Below, one piece after another: positions 1-10,104 of a stretch of 64,000 bases of DNA (its first letter is position 1; every line of letters starts with the position of its first letter). The stretch spans positions 224,001-288,000 of the forward strand of contig CBDBHB010000009.1 of NCBI GenBank assembly GCA_965205505.1, in the 5' to 3' direction. Origin of the DNA: Acidobacteriota bacterium (GTDB taxonomy: Bacteria > Acidobacteriota > UBA890 > WLXD01). Below the pieces are notes generated by a model. It had not been told where the DNA came from. It was given only the letters and a program-made list of their open reading frames with translations, and did no database searches. The translations under genes and the position numbers were made by a program.

Positions 1-541
1 GCCCCGGATAAACCTCGACGAAATCGGGGAGGTCACGGAACCGAGGTAGCGCCTCATCGAAGAGCGTTCGTGCCCCGTCCTCGCCATCCTGTGCGAGGTC
101 CGGCCGCGATAGGTCGCCGACCAGCACGAAATCTGCCGTCAGCAGGCACCACGGGTCGGCGCCACGGTCGTGATCGAAGACCAGCAAGTTGATTTGCTCT
201 GGTCGATGCCCGGGAGCATGAAAAATCTCCAGGGTCACCTCGCCCAGGGTAAGCCGGTCACCGGGTGCGACCCGCGTAGCCTCGTAGGTGATCTCGGCGA
301 GCTCCGGCAGCACCAGCTCGCCGCTGCACGCGGCAGCCAGACGTCGCGCTCCGGACACGTGGTCCGCGTGGCTGTGTGAGTCGATGACGTAGCGGATGCG
401 TGACGACTTGGACGCCGCCATGTGCAGATAGGGGTCGACGTCCCACAGGGGATCGAAGACGGCACACTCGCCGCTGGCCGTCGAGCCGACCATGTAGGTG
501 ACACAGCCCGTCTCTCGCCTCAGGATCGACTCGAACCACAC
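1..541 (-). CDS. MBL-fold metallo-hydrolase (persulfide dioxygenase / glyoxalase II-like), runs off window start
   Basis: Not in the ORF track. Manual translation from GTG at 541 (GGAGG upstream) gives the HSHADH metal motif, then PGH and VYPG. Confidence 0.85.
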   Translation of the reverse strand, partial: MWFESILRRETGCVTYMVGSTASGECAVFDPLWDVDPYLHMAASKSSRIRYVIDSHSHADHVSGARRLAAACSGELVLPELAEITYEATRVAPGDRLTLGEVTLEIFHAPGHRPEQINLLVFDHDRGADPWCLLTADFVLVGDLSRPDLAQDGEDGARTLFDEALPRFRDLPDFVEVYPG

Positions 542-700
542 AACGCTCCTCCGATATCGGGTCCAAAACTAGGCGAATAGTACAGCCCCTTGCCTCGGAG
601 CCTACCAAGTCGCCTCCGATACCGAGGTTTTCCAGGCTCATGCCGAGCCTTCCGATACACGCCGGATGACTTCACCACGGCGAACAACTACGGTGGCCAC

Positions 701-1477
701 ATGACGGGTTTCATAGCGCGTTCAGCTTCTGAGCCCCTGCCAGGCGCAGGGCGACTGGTTGCGGGCCTGACGGTGGTTCTCGCCGTCGGCTGCCAAGCGG
801 ACACGGACCCTCGGCGCGACGCGTCTTCCGTCCCGTCGTCAGAAACGGGCACCGTCGAGGGAGTTGTCCGGCTAGCCGGCGCCACGATCCCTGAGCCGAC
901 GCGAGTACGAAACACCACCGATCCCGAGCTGTGTGGCGAGGCCCAAAGCCTGGAGGATCTCCTCGTATCAGCCGTCGACGGTGGTATTCGCAACGTGATC
1001 GCGGCGCTGCTCGACGTGCCCCCAGACTAGATCCCTGCTCACCCCGCGGAGCGGCTGGTGCTCGACAACCGGGGCTGCCGCTTCGTTCCGCACGCCGCGG
1101 TTCTTACCGTAGGCAGCACGATCGCCGCTACCAACAGTGACGCGGTACTCCACACCGAGCATTTTTACGGTGCCCACAGCGTCAACATGGCGTTGCCGTT
1201 GATGGGAATGAGCATCGATACCGTGGTCGCGGAGGAGGGGATGATCATCGTCAAGTGCGACGTACACGGATGGATGCAGGCGTTCATCAGGGTCGACGCG
1301 CACCCGTTTCACGCCGTTACGGATGCGGCCGGCGTCTTCCGTATTCCTGAAGTTCCGCCGGGCACCTACCAGCTAGAGCTCTGGCACGAGAAGCTGGGCC
1401 AGCAAACAGTCTGGGTCGAAGTAGAAGCAGGGAGCACCGAGATCGTCGAGGCGCGGTTTTCGCAGGAGAGCCGCTGA
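701..1477 (+). pseudogene. Lipoprotein-like cupredoxin / carboxypeptidase-regulatory-like domain protein with one in-frame TAG at 1028-1030
   Basis: ORFs 590..1030 and 1058..1477 share a frame with only one TAG between them. Motifs: LAVGC lipobox-like, GCRFVPH, N.D..LH, CDVHGWM. Confidence 0.75.
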
Positions 1478-1505
1478 ACTCTCAAGCGCGACAGGAGGCA
1501 CATCG

Positions 1506-2237
1506 ATGTTGAGGCTGAGCTCGTACATGACCATGGTGGCCGCCTTGATGGTGGGCGCTCCGGCGCATCTGGCGACGCAGGAATCGACGCCGCGTCAGCA
1601 GCCGGGCGCGGAGATCACCCTCTATGCGCCGGAACAGCACGATCTCTACGACGGACGCTTCGTCCTGTCGGCGGGGCGTGTCCACCAGGTCGGGCAGCTC
1701 GACGAAGCGCCGGGGTGGGATCACATGGGGAATGACGCGGCGAGCGTTCGCGCGGTGGACGGCACCGTCGAGATCGACGTAGACGAGATCAACAACAACG
1801 GGCGCTTCTCGGCTCGCCTCGACCTACCGGAGGGTGAGTTGGTCGTGAACATGGACCGCTTTCACGAGTTCAATCCGTGCCAGGACGGCGGCGTCGCGGC
1901 GTACCTGTACGAACACGGCGACTCCGGGTGTGGCGATACGAACTGGCCGAAGACCTTTATCTATGTGGCCGGCTGGGGTTACGGCCATGCGACGCTCAAC
2001 GGCGAGCGTATCTACGACGAGTATCAAGTGCACTTCATGGTCACCCAGGGGATGCGCGATCGACAGACCTTGGAGGTCAACTATCCGCTGCTCAACAAGC
2101 GCTCATCGGCAGGCGCGGTGAATCCGGCCGTGCAGCAGCTCGACTTCTTCATCCGCAGCCCCGAGGTAGATGCCCGCAACAACCCGACTCGCGAGGTGTT
2201 CGACTACTTCTTCGCCATGGAGGTCACCTGGAAGTAG
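1506..2237 (+). CDS. Secreted hypothetical protein, 243 aa
   Basis: AGGAGG RBS, signal peptide, typical codon usage, co-directional with the upstream gene. Confidence 0.75.
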   Translation: MLRLSSYMTMVAALMVGAPAHLATQESTPRQQPGAEITLYAPEQHDLYDGRFVLSAGRVHQVGQLDEAPGWDHMGNDAASVRAVDGTVEIDVDEINNNGRFSARLDLPEGELVVNMDRFHEFNPCQDGGVAAYLYEHGDSGCGDTNWPKTFIYVAGWGYGHATLNGERIYDEYQVHFMVTQGMRDRQTLEVNYPLLNKRSSAGAVNPAVQQLDFFIRSPEVDARNNPTREVFDYFFAMEVTWK

Positions 2238-2369
2238 GCCGACACGCGGTCGGCGAGTGAGTCGCCGAGTGCACCAAAGCGTCCGAACACCCGCTAACCA
2301 GACGCCAGGGTAGGCGTGGAATTCGCGGGCTGGTTGGTTCAGCGACCGACGCGCCCATAGAATCCGCCT

Positions 2370-2879
2370 ATGGCGGTTTTCGAACCACTCTTCGCGGCGC
2401 TGAACGCGGCCAACGTGCGTTACGTCGTGGTAGGCGGGCTCGCCGTGGTGCTGCACGGCCATGCGCGGTTGACGGTCGATGTCGACCTTATCGTCGACCT
2501 CGACCCCTTCGAGGCGGCCAAGGCCATCGAAGTCCTCGCCGCATCGGGACTGCAGCCGAGGCTGCCAGTCGATGCAAGTGACTTTGCCAACGCGACGGTT
2601 CGTGACGCGTGGGTCCGTGAGCGGGGAATGAAGGTGTTCTCGATGCTCGATCCCAACAACCCGATGCGCGTGGTCGACCTGTTTGCGGAGCATCCGATCC
2701 CGTTCGATGAGCTATGGGAGGGCTCCGTCGAGTTTGACCTGCGTGACACGATCGTACGAGTCGTATCGATTCCTCACCTGATCCGCTTGAAGCGCTTGGC
2801 TGGTCGACCACAGGATCAGGCCGACATCGCGCAGCTCGAGGCTATCCTCCGCGCCCGCCGAGCGAGCGACGATGGTTGA
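2370..2879 (+). CDS. Nucleotidyltransferase family protein (DUF6036 / AbiEii-like)
   Basis: VVVGGLAVVLHG..RLTVDVDL and LIRLKRLAGRPQDQAD motifs. Confidence 0.8.
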   Translation: MAVFEPLFAALNAANVRYVVVGGLAVVLHGHARLTVDVDLIVDLDPFEAAKAIEVLAASGLQPRLPVDASDFANATVRDAWVRERGMKVFSMLDPNNPMRVVDLFAEHPIPFDELWEGSVEFDLRDTIVRVVSIPHLIRLKRLAGRPQDQADIAQLEAILRARRASDDG

Positions 2880-3051
2880 CCGTCCAGACTGCATGGAATC
2901 ATGGGACGCGAGCTGGGAAGGCACGCAACGCCAGCATCTGGAAGCCACAATCACGGCTACGCCGGAGCAGCGTTTGGCCTGGCTCGAGGAGGCGCTACAG
3001 CTGGCCTACTTGTCGGGTGCGCTTGACGAGCCGCGGGCGAAGCCCAAGTAG
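2872..3051 (+). CDS. 59-aa putative partner of the nucleotidyltransferase
   Basis: Manual translation MVDRPD...ATPEQRLAWLEEALQLAY...K*. The ATG lies inside the 3' end of the NTase gene. Below the ORF-track size cutoff. Confidence 0.6.
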   Translation: MVDRPDCMESWDASWEGTQRQHLEATITATPEQRLAWLEEALQLAYLSGALDEPRAKPK

Positions 3052-4349
3052 TCGATTGCCACACCCGCCATCGCCCGTACTCCTACGATGAGCGCGTCGT
3101 CGTTGACGTAGAAGTTGGGCGAGTGATTCGGGGCCGCGTCATACGGGCCGACGCCCTCCTTGTTCACGCCGAGCACGAAATAGAAGCCGGGGACGCGCTC
3201 CTGAAAATAGGAGAAGTCCTCGGCGCCCATGATGAAGTCGAGTTGCTTGACCCGGCCGGCCGCGGCGCGCTCCAGGGTAGGCAGCATGCGCTCGGTGAGC
3301 TCCGGGTCGTTGTAGGTGACCGGGACGCCGGGGCGCAACTCCACCTCCGCTGTAGCGCCCGAGCTCTCGGCCACCGCTACGGCGGTGGTGCGGATGCGCT
3401 CGAGAAATTCCTCGCGCATGTTGGGATCGAAGGTGCGGATGGTTCCGGTCATCTCGACGAAGTCGGGGATGATGTTGCCACGCACGCCACCGTGGATGCT
3501 GCCGATCGACACCACGGCGGGGGCCTTGGTGATGTCGAGCTGGCGGCTGGGAATTGTCTGTAGCGCCGTGATCACCTGAGCCGCGGCGATCACCGGGTCG
3601 ACACCGCGCCACGGCGACGAGCCATGCGTTTGCCGGCCGATGACCTTTATATAGAGTGCGTCGGAGGCGGCCAGGGCGCCGCCGGATCGATAGCCTAGCG
3701 AGCCGCTCGCCTCGGGCCATACGTGCAGGCCGAAGATCGCCTCGGGGGCGCCGGGGCCGTCGAGCACGCCTTCTTCGAGCATGAGCGCTGCTCCGCCCTT
3801 CTCGCCGCGCGGCGCGCCTTCCTCAGCAGGCTGAAAGAAAAACTTCACCGTTCCCGGGATCGACTCGCGCACCTCGGCGAGCGCCGCGGCAGCGCCCATG
3901 AGGATGGCCACGTGGGCATCGTGACCGCAGGCGTGCATGATCGGCACCTCGGCGCCGTTGTACTCGCCCGTGGCCTGTGAGGCGAAAGGCAGCCCGGTCA
4001 TCTCCTTCACCGGCAGGCCGTCCATATCGGCGCGTAGTGCCACCACGGGGCCGGGACGCCCGCCGACCAGCGTGCCGACGACGCCGGTGTGGGCGATGCC
4101 GGTATCCACCGAGTCGAGCCCGATCGCGCGCAGGTGCTCGGCTACCTTGGCGGCGGTGCGGTGCTCGCGGTTCGAGAGCTCGGGGTGCTGGTGGATATCG
4201 TGGCGCCACTCGATCACCGACGGCATGAGCGACTCGATGATGGCGTCGAGCTCTGCGCCGTCCTGGGATTCGGCGTCGGCGACCCTAGCGGCGACGACGA
4301 CGATGGACACGAGCATAAAGACGATGAGAACACGAGTAGATGGGCGCAA
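3006..4349 (-). CDS. M20 family amidohydrolase, secreted
   Basis: LRADMDGLP, HACGHD, QPAEEG, AEDFS motifs and a signal peptide. Confidence 0.92.
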   Translation of the reverse strand: MRPSTRVLIVFMLVSIVVVAARVADAESQDGAELDAIIESLMPSVIEWRHDIHQHPELSNREHRTAAKVAEHLRAIGLDSVDTGIAHTGVVGTLVGGRPGPVVALRADMDGLPVKEMTGLPFASQATGEYNGAEVPIMHACGHDAHVAILMGAAAALAEVRESIPGTVKFFFQPAEEGAPRGEKGGAALMLEEGVLDGPGAPEAIFGLHVWPEASGSLGYRSGGALAASDALYIKVIGRQTHGSSPWRGVDPVIAAAQVITALQTIPSRQLDITKAPAVVSIGSIHGGVRGNIIPDFVEMTGTIRTFDPNMREEFLERIRTTAVAVAESSGATAEVELRPGVPVTYNDPELTERMLPTLERAAAGRVKQLDFIMGAEDFSYFQERVPGFYFVLGVNKEGVGPYDAAPNHSPNFYVNDDALIVGVRAMAGVAIDYLGFARGSSSAPDK

Positions 4350-4370
4350 TGGAATCTCCGTAGCTGGGGC

Positions 4371-6683
4371 TCAGAAGCGCAGCAGATGAGTCAACTTTAC
4401 GATGATCGTCCGGTCGATCAGGTCGGCGTCGTGCGCCAATCGGCTCTCGTTGTACACCACGAACAGGTCGGCCCCCGGCGTATGGATGAAGTTGAGCCGG
4501 ACGTTGGACAGCACCTGATCGGTCTGATTGTCGTACTGGACGAGGGCGGCAAGGAACAGGCGGGTGCTGAAGTCGTAGGAGATCCGTGATCGCAGCAGAT
4601 CGGTGACGAAATCACCCTGCGGTAGCTCGACGTCGTTGCGGTTCCAGGCGGCGGTGATCGCCAGGCGGGGGCCGAGACGAGCACCGCCCGTGAGGGTCAG
4701 GTTCTTGCGTGTGCCTCCGAAGAAGCCGCCCCACGTGTAGGTGATGCTGCCGTCGACGGTGCGGCTCGGATCGCCGACGATCTCGAAGCTGTACTCGTTG
4801 AAGCGATATTCGCCCGGCGGAATGACCACCCCGCTGACGATCTCGAAGGGCATGTCGAGGCGCTCGAAGACGCGATTGTGGGTGGGCCCGATGATGTCAC
4901 CGCGGCGCAGGAACACGTCCCAGTCGAAGTGCCAACGGCGCGACAACAGTTGGCCGGTCCGATCGGTTACGAGGTCCAACGTAGCGTGGGGGTTCATGTT
5001 GCGGATCCACTCGGCTTGCGGGTAGGGGGTCCACATCGCCTCCCCGTGATAAGCGCGCAGGCCGGTGCGGTTGACGAAGCCGAGCTCCGGATTGAAGTCC
5101 TCGCCAATCTCCAGCGCCGATCCCTTGACGAGCCACCCGGGCGTGGCGTGCTCGAACCGAACCTCTCCGGCCCAGGAGGCATCGTCCAGCTCTGGAGTAG
5201 CGGTCTGCATCCACCATCCATCGACCGTCGTCTGCGGCGTGATAGCCCAGCGCCCGTCGACGCCGTAGGTGCGGTTGTGGTCACCACCGCCCGCCTCCCG
5301 GTTGGTGAACAGCATGCCGAAGCTCGAGCGACTGCCGAGATCACGTCTGAGTCGCACGACGCTGTGGTTGGCCGACGCCACCCCGGCGATGCTGGTTGTT
5401 TGTAGCGACAAGACCCCACCCGACCACGGCCCGATCTTGCCGGTCAGGCGGCCACCGCCGATGATCGGCACTTCGCGATTGTCGGGCGACACCCCGATGC
5501 GCCGCGAGTGGAAGCCGATCACCCGCGGCGTGCTGCCGAGCTGAAATCCAACACCGCCACCACCGCCGCCGCCGCCCGTTCTGCCGAAGTTGAACAATCC
5601 GGCGTTTTCCAGGAAGAACTCGCGTTTCTCAGGGAAGAACAGCGGGAAGCGCGTTAGGTTGATCTGCACGTCATCGGCCTCCACCTGGGCGAAGTCGGTG
5701 CTCAGCGTGCCGTCGAACGTCAGGTTCGGGGTGATCCCCCACTTGACGTCGACGCCGGCATCGCCCGACGCGTTGGTAACGTGACCGCCGCCGGCCCCTA
5801 GGTTGGGGTTACGTAGGACGGTCGACGCGTCGCCAAGGGCAAAGGGCTTTACCTGCAGGTTGCGCGGCGAAGCCAGCTGCTCCATTCCCACCAGCATCCC
5901 CGAGTGCGACAGCCGGGTGGCGTTGTACTGCCGGGGCACTGGGGCCCAGTACGCTTCTTCGCCGTTGCGAGGGATACCGCGTCGGAAGTTGATTCCCCAC
6001 GCGGTGGTGTTTTCCGGATCGAAGCGTAGCGACCAGAACGGGATGGCGATCTCCACCGACCAGCCCTCGGGGGTGATGCGGCCGGCAGCCTCCCATACCG
6101 CGTCCCAGCTGGCCTCGAACTGCTCGACGTTACCTCCGAAGCTCGATCGACCTCCTTCACCGACGATTTGCGCGTCGAACTTGGCTCCCAGCGCGTTGGT
6201 CTCGAAGTAGTAGCCGTTGCGGTGGTCGTGATACGTGTCGAGCGTCAGCACGAAGTGATCGTTGGAGCGCGAGCGCTCATCGCGGCGCAGCACGTTGGCG
6301 ACGATCCGCTCGGGCGCACTGTCGTACATCATGGCGGCGACGTAGAGCTTCGACTCGTCGTACAGCACCCGTACCTCGGTGCGCTCAGTGACCGGCTCCC
6401 CCTCGTTGGGTGTGGACTGGGTGAACTGCGTGAGCAGGGTCGCCTGTTGCCAGGCCGGGTCGTCGAGCCGCCCGTCGATTCGGGGCGGCAGCGTCGTCGA
6501 CTGCGCGGCTACCTGGTAGTTGGCGTCGGCCGCGGTAACCGACTGATCGGCTGATTGGGCCGACGTTGCCGGAGCCGGCGCGGCGCAAAGAACCACCAGG
6601 GCGGCTCGAAGGATCGCCACTGCGGGCGCCGTCGCGTACCGGTTCCTCGATTGTTGCTGACCTCGGACTACGTACCGTCGCAC
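4371..6683 (-). CDS. DUF5916 / carbohydrate-binding family 9-like protein with C-terminal beta-barrel
   Basis: IDGRLDDPAW, EIAIPFWSLRF, DFAQVEAD and FFPEKREFFLE motifs. Confidence 0.85.
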   Translation of the reverse strand: MRRYVVRGQQQSRNRYATAPAVAILRAALVVLCAAPAPATSAQSADQSVTAADANYQVAAQSTTLPPRIDGRLDDPAWQQATLLTQFTQSTPNEGEPVTERTEVRVLYDESKLYVAAMMYDSAPERIVANVLRRDERSRSNDHFVLTLDTYHDHRNGYYFETNALGAKFDAQIVGEGGRSSFGGNVEQFEASWDAVWEAAGRITPEGWSVEIAIPFWSLRFDPENTTAWGINFRRGIPRNGEEAYWAPVPRQYNATRLSHSGMLVGMEQLASPRNLQVKPFALGDASTVLRNPNLGAGGGHVTNASGDAGVDVKWGITPNLTFDGTLSTDFAQVEADDVQINLTRFPLFFPEKREFFLENAGLFNFGRTGGGGGGGGVGFQLGSTPRVIGFHSRRIGVSPDNREVPIIGGGRLTGKIGPWSGGVLSLQTTSIAGVASANHSVVRLRRDLGSRSSFGMLFTNREAGGGDHNRTYGVDGRWAITPQTTVDGWWMQTATPELDDASWAGEVRFEHATPGWLVKGSALEIGEDFNPELGFVNRTGLRAYHGEAMWTPYPQAEWIRNMNPHATLDLVTDRTGQLLSRRWHFDWDVFLRRGDIIGPTHNRVFERLDMPFEIVSGVVIPPGEYRFNEYSFEIVGDPSRTVDGSITYTWGGFFGGTRKNLTLTGGARLGPRLAITAAWNRNDVELPQGDFVTDLLRSRISYDFSTRLFLAALVQYDNQTDQVLSNVRLNFIHTPGADLFVVYNESRLAHDADLIDRTIIVKLTHLLRF

Positions 6684-6708
6684 AACTCACCGAGGAGCCG
6701 GACGATCT

Positions 6709-8430
6709 TCAATCCCCGCCGTCCAGCAGCTTGTCCATCTCGTCGGTGAGGCCGGTGATCTGCCAGCGAATCAGCGCCATGGGCATTTGCCCGGCGGCGA
6801 AGAGCTCGTCCATGAAGTCGCGCATGTCGAAGTCGTCGCCGAGCTGCAGGGCGCGATCGGCAACCAGCGTCTGGAACTGCATCACCCCGGTGTTGTAGGC
6901 CATCTCGTATCCCGGTCCGCGCACGGCGTCCTTCTTGTGATCCCAGGTGTTGTAGTTGGCCGCTGCGTTCCACCAGTCGCTCTCGTCCAGCGTGGTCGAT
7001 CCGTACACGCTCATCTCGGCGTCGTAGCGGTTCCAGCCCTCGTAGTCGAGCTCGCCGGCCCAGAACCTCAGCGATCCCATGGCGCGGGCGCCACGGTTGG
7101 CGGTGGCCAGGTGGATGAGCTCCCGCACCCGCGGTTGGTCGTCGAGGATACCGGCGTGCATGAACGCCTGCCCCAGGCTGTCGGCAACGCCCTCCCGGCG
7201 TGGGTGGGTCATCTCGTGCAGGCGGCGGGCGGCGCGGATCGGCGACAGACCGGTTTCCGGTCGCAGCGCATCGAGCTGATGGCCGAGGTGCTCGTGAATG
7301 ATTCCGGCCAGGAAGTTGCGCGGACGGGCCGACGGCGAGGCCGGCGGTCTCGGCGGATAAGCTGCGTAAGCGGCCGCGAGATCCTCGGCTGAAATAGTCA
7401 TGAACGAGCCACCGAGCAGGAAGCGCCGTAACTGATCCTCGGCCACGTGGTGGCGTTGGACGTACTCGGCTGCCGTCTGGGCGGGCTGGAGCCGCGGCAG
7501 GCCCTGGTTCCGGTATTGCTCGAGCTTCAGCGTGGTCACACCGCGCTCGTACTCGCGGCGTCCGAGCGTCCAGGCCTCCTCCCAGGTATGGGGAACCAGC
7601 CAGACGTTCTTCAGCCACCAGTTGAAGTTGTCGACGCCGAACCCCACCGAGCCCTGCATGCGCTCGAGGTTGTCCTCCACCCAGGTCCGATAGTCTTGCA
7701 CCGCCGCCCAGGCGGCCTCGGTCTCGGCCACCAGATCGGGGTGGTGCTCTTGCATCTGGGCCACCATGGGCTCCAGCAGCGACCCCTCCTCGGCGATCGC
7801 TCGCAGCACGATCAGCCCCAGATCACGCTTGGCTTCGGCGACGATGATGTTGGCTTTGCCCTGCGCCAAGACCTGCGGCAGTGCGCGCAACCTCACGCGA
7901 TAGGCTTCGACCTCCTCGTCGCTGAGCGGGAATTCTGGCGTTCCCGTGAACCCGAGCTCTCCCCAGCCGGGGCCTTCGGGCACCGCCGGCCGGTCCGAGA
8001 AGGCGAAGTACGGGGTGCTGGTTCCGGTGGACGAGCCCCAGTAGTGGAACGGGCTGGTCACCCACGGCTTCATCACCCGATGGGTGAACTCCACCCCGTT
8101 CATTTCGGCCCGGACCAGGTGATAGTCGACCTGCTCGGAGATCGACCAGTCGGTCACATCGAACGCCGCCAGACGCTGTTGCTGCGCGCGCAACTCCTCG
8201 TAGATGCGAGCCATCGTTGCCGGCGAATAGTCGGGAACGCCGTCGACGAGACCCGGTTCATTGAGCTGGCGAAACTCCTCGAACAGGGTTACCAGGTCGT
8301 CGTAGCTGCCGCTACCTGGGGCTCCGGCGGCGGCAGCCGTCCCGACCTGTTCGGCCTCCTGCGGAGCACCGCAGGTGATGAGGAGTGGCACGAGGACAAC
8401 TACGGCGGCTAAGCCGGAATGTGGGCGCAT
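6709..8430 (-). CDS. DUF885-like lipoprotein
   Basis: N-terminal Cys lipobox-like signal, HEHLGH motif, C-terminal GDDFDMRDFMD..GQMP. Confidence 0.7.
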   Translation of the reverse strand: MRPHSGLAAVVVLVPLLITCGAPQEAEQVGTAAAAGAPGSGSYDDLVTLFEEFRQLNEPGLVDGVPDYSPATMARIYEELRAQQQRLAAFDVTDWSISEQVDYHLVRAEMNGVEFTHRVMKPWVTSPFHYWGSSTGTSTPYFAFSDRPAVPEGPGWGELGFTGTPEFPLSDEEVEAYRVRLRALPQVLAQGKANIIVAEAKRDLGLIVLRAIAEEGSLLEPMVAQMQEHHPDLVAETEAAWAAVQDYRTWVEDNLERMQGSVGFGVDNFNWWLKNVWLVPHTWEEAWTLGRREYERGVTTLKLEQYRNQGLPRLQPAQTAAEYVQRHHVAEDQLRRFLLGGSFMTISAEDLAAAYAAYPPRPPASPSARPRNFLAGIIHEHLGHQLDALRPETGLSPIRAARRLHEMTHPRREGVADSLGQAFMHAGILDDQPRVRELIHLATANRGARAMGSLRFWAGELDYEGWNRYDAEMSVYGSTTLDESDWWNAAANYNTWDHKKDAVRGPGYEMAYNTGVMQFQTLVADRALQLGDDFDMRDFMDELFAAGQMPMALIRWQITGLTDEMDKLLDGGD

Positions 8431-8653
8431 GGCGGCGGGTCTCCCTGTGGGGGTGGGGACGCCGCTAACTATACGCCCTCAAGATGACAATCTCACCGCC
8501 AGGGTTGAGAAGCTTTCGGTTTAGCGTCGGCGGCTATCCGTCGGCCGGCGATCATGAATCCAACGATGAGTCAGAATCCTCCCCAAACAAGCCCAGAGAG
8601 CGGACCATTGGGCCACACTACCCGCCCCGGAGACGAAACTGATGTCGGAGACG

Positions 8654-8870
8654 ATGGCGACCAAGACGGTCGAACAAACGATCGAGATCGAGGCCTCACC
8701 GGACGAAGTCTGGCAGGCGATCAGCACCGCGGAGGAGGGCGGGCGCCTACAGCCTCGGTGTCTGGTTGTCGCTCTACGGCGTCGCGGAGCCCCGAGCCGC
8801 TGAGCTCGAGTCGAGCCTGAAAGTGAAGCTCGACGCTTTGTTCGAGCCCGTTGAGATCGGACGGGCGTAG
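8654..8870 (+). pseudogene. SRPBCC/AHSA1 domain gene remnant with internal deletion
   Basis: MATKTVEQTIEIEASPDEVWQAISTAEEG is a typical SRPBCC N-terminus; the frame is then lost. Confidence 0.55.
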
Positions 8871-8873
8871 GTA

Positions 8874-9635
8874 TCAGGCGCGGAACGCGTAGAGCGCCAC
8901 CGCCACGGCAGTGGCGAGGTTGAGGCTCGACACGCCTGGGGTCATCGGGATCGCGATGCGATGCTCGGCGCGCTGCAGCATGTGTTGGCTCAGGCCATGA
9001 CGCTCAGGCCCGAAGGCGAGGATCGGCCGTGCCGGTGGTCGAAAGCTCGAGATCGGCTCACCTTCCGGATCGAGGGCGACCACCGGTCTCGAGGTCTCGG
9101 GTAGCTCATCGACGCGCGCTGAGGGTAGGGCGAACTGCAAGCCCGCCGCGGCGCGCACCGCCTCCGGGCTCCACGGGTCGTGCTGTCCGGTGGTCAACAG
9201 GCCGCTAGCGCCGGCGGCGGCGCCGACGCGCACAGCGGCGCCGAGATTGCCCAGGTGCGCCGGCTGCTCGAGAAACACCAGAGGCGCGTCGGCGGCGCTG
9301 TTGGCAAGCGTGACCGGGTCCACGGCGCGGCGACGGGCGATCGCGACAAGGCCGGTGGGATGCGGCAGCGGCGCGAGCATATCGAACTCGGCTTCCGGTA
9401 GCTCGTCCGCCTCGGCGAGCTGCGCACGAACATCCGGGGCCAGCTGCTGAGCCAGCGCATTGATCTCGCCACCACTCTTTGCGGCCATCTCGATGATCAA
9501 GGCCTCGAAGCGGATGGCGTGCTTGACGGCATGGAATCCCTCCAGCACCACCAACTCGGGGTCTCGGCGCGCCGCCCGATAGCGTTCCATACGCGTTGTC
9601 CGGGGCGTCTTTTGATCCGGTTGAGGCTTGCTCAC
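8874..9635 (-). CDS. TrmH/SpoU family RNA methyltransferase
   Basis: GNLGAAVR, FGPERHGL, VSSLNLATA SPOUT motifs. Start at GTG 9635 or ATG 9590. Confidence 0.9.
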   Translation of the reverse strand: MSKPQPDQKTPRTTRMERYRAARRDPELVVLEGFHAVKHAIRFEALIIEMAAKSGGEINALAQQLAPDVRAQLAEADELPEAEFDMLAPLPHPTGLVAIARRRAVDPVTLANSAADAPLVFLEQPAHLGNLGAAVRVGAAAGASGLLTTGQHDPWSPEAVRAAAGLQFALPSARVDELPETSRPVVALDPEGEPISSFRPPARPILAFGPERHGLSQHMLQRAEHRIAIPMTPGVSSLNLATAVAVALYAFRA

Positions 9636-9642
9636 CGGTGCC

Positions 9643-9996
9643 TCATGAGGCGCCGCCGGTGCCTCTTCGCGCCATCCACAACAGCACGGCCGAGACGAAG
9701 TACAGCAGGTTAGCCAGTCCGATGCCGGCGAAGATGCTCGACGTTCCGAGCATGTAGATCCCGACGGGCACGAACGACACAACGAAGGCGATCAGCAGCA
9801 CGATCGGACTCGCGGCAACCGATCCGCCGATCGCGATGATCGCGACCGTGATCATCGTCAGCGCCACCAGAAAACCGCCGGTGTTGCCGGTGGTGATGAT
9901 GCGCGAAGCGAACATCATCCAGAGGGCGATAGCCACTGTGCCGGAGGCCAGACCCGTAGCGCGGCCGACCCGATGAGCAACCTCGCTTGCGGACAT
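9643..9996 (-). CDS. Small membrane protein (about 4 TM)
   Basis: Hydrophobic ORF, co-directional with trmH-like gene. Confidence 0.65.
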   Translation of the reverse strand: MSASEVAHRVGRATGLASGTVAIALWMMFASRIITTGNTGGFLVALTMITVAIIAIGGSVAASPIVLLIAFVVSFVPVGIYMLGTSSIFAGIGLANLLYFVSAVLLWMARRGTGGAS

Positions 9997-10028
9997 TCCC
10001 AGACGATATCCTCCGTCGCCGGAGGCCA

Positions 10029-10062
10029 CTAGCAGGCCGCGGTGAAAGTGTGGTGGGTCTAG
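10029..10062. repeat. CTAG-bounded ~34-bp dispersed repeat, copy A
   Basis: Reverse complement ctagacccaccacactttcaccgcggcctgctag differs from 23045..23078 at two positions. Confidence 0.8.
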
Positions 10063-10104
10063 CGACAGGGACTTGCGAAGTGGTGGGCCTGGTTGCAGCT
10101 GAGC

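Noticed and set aside
5555-5580. GGN run (poly-Gly) as a phase-variation tract
   Set aside because: Mixed codons, in frame, in a probable loop of the DUF5916 protein.
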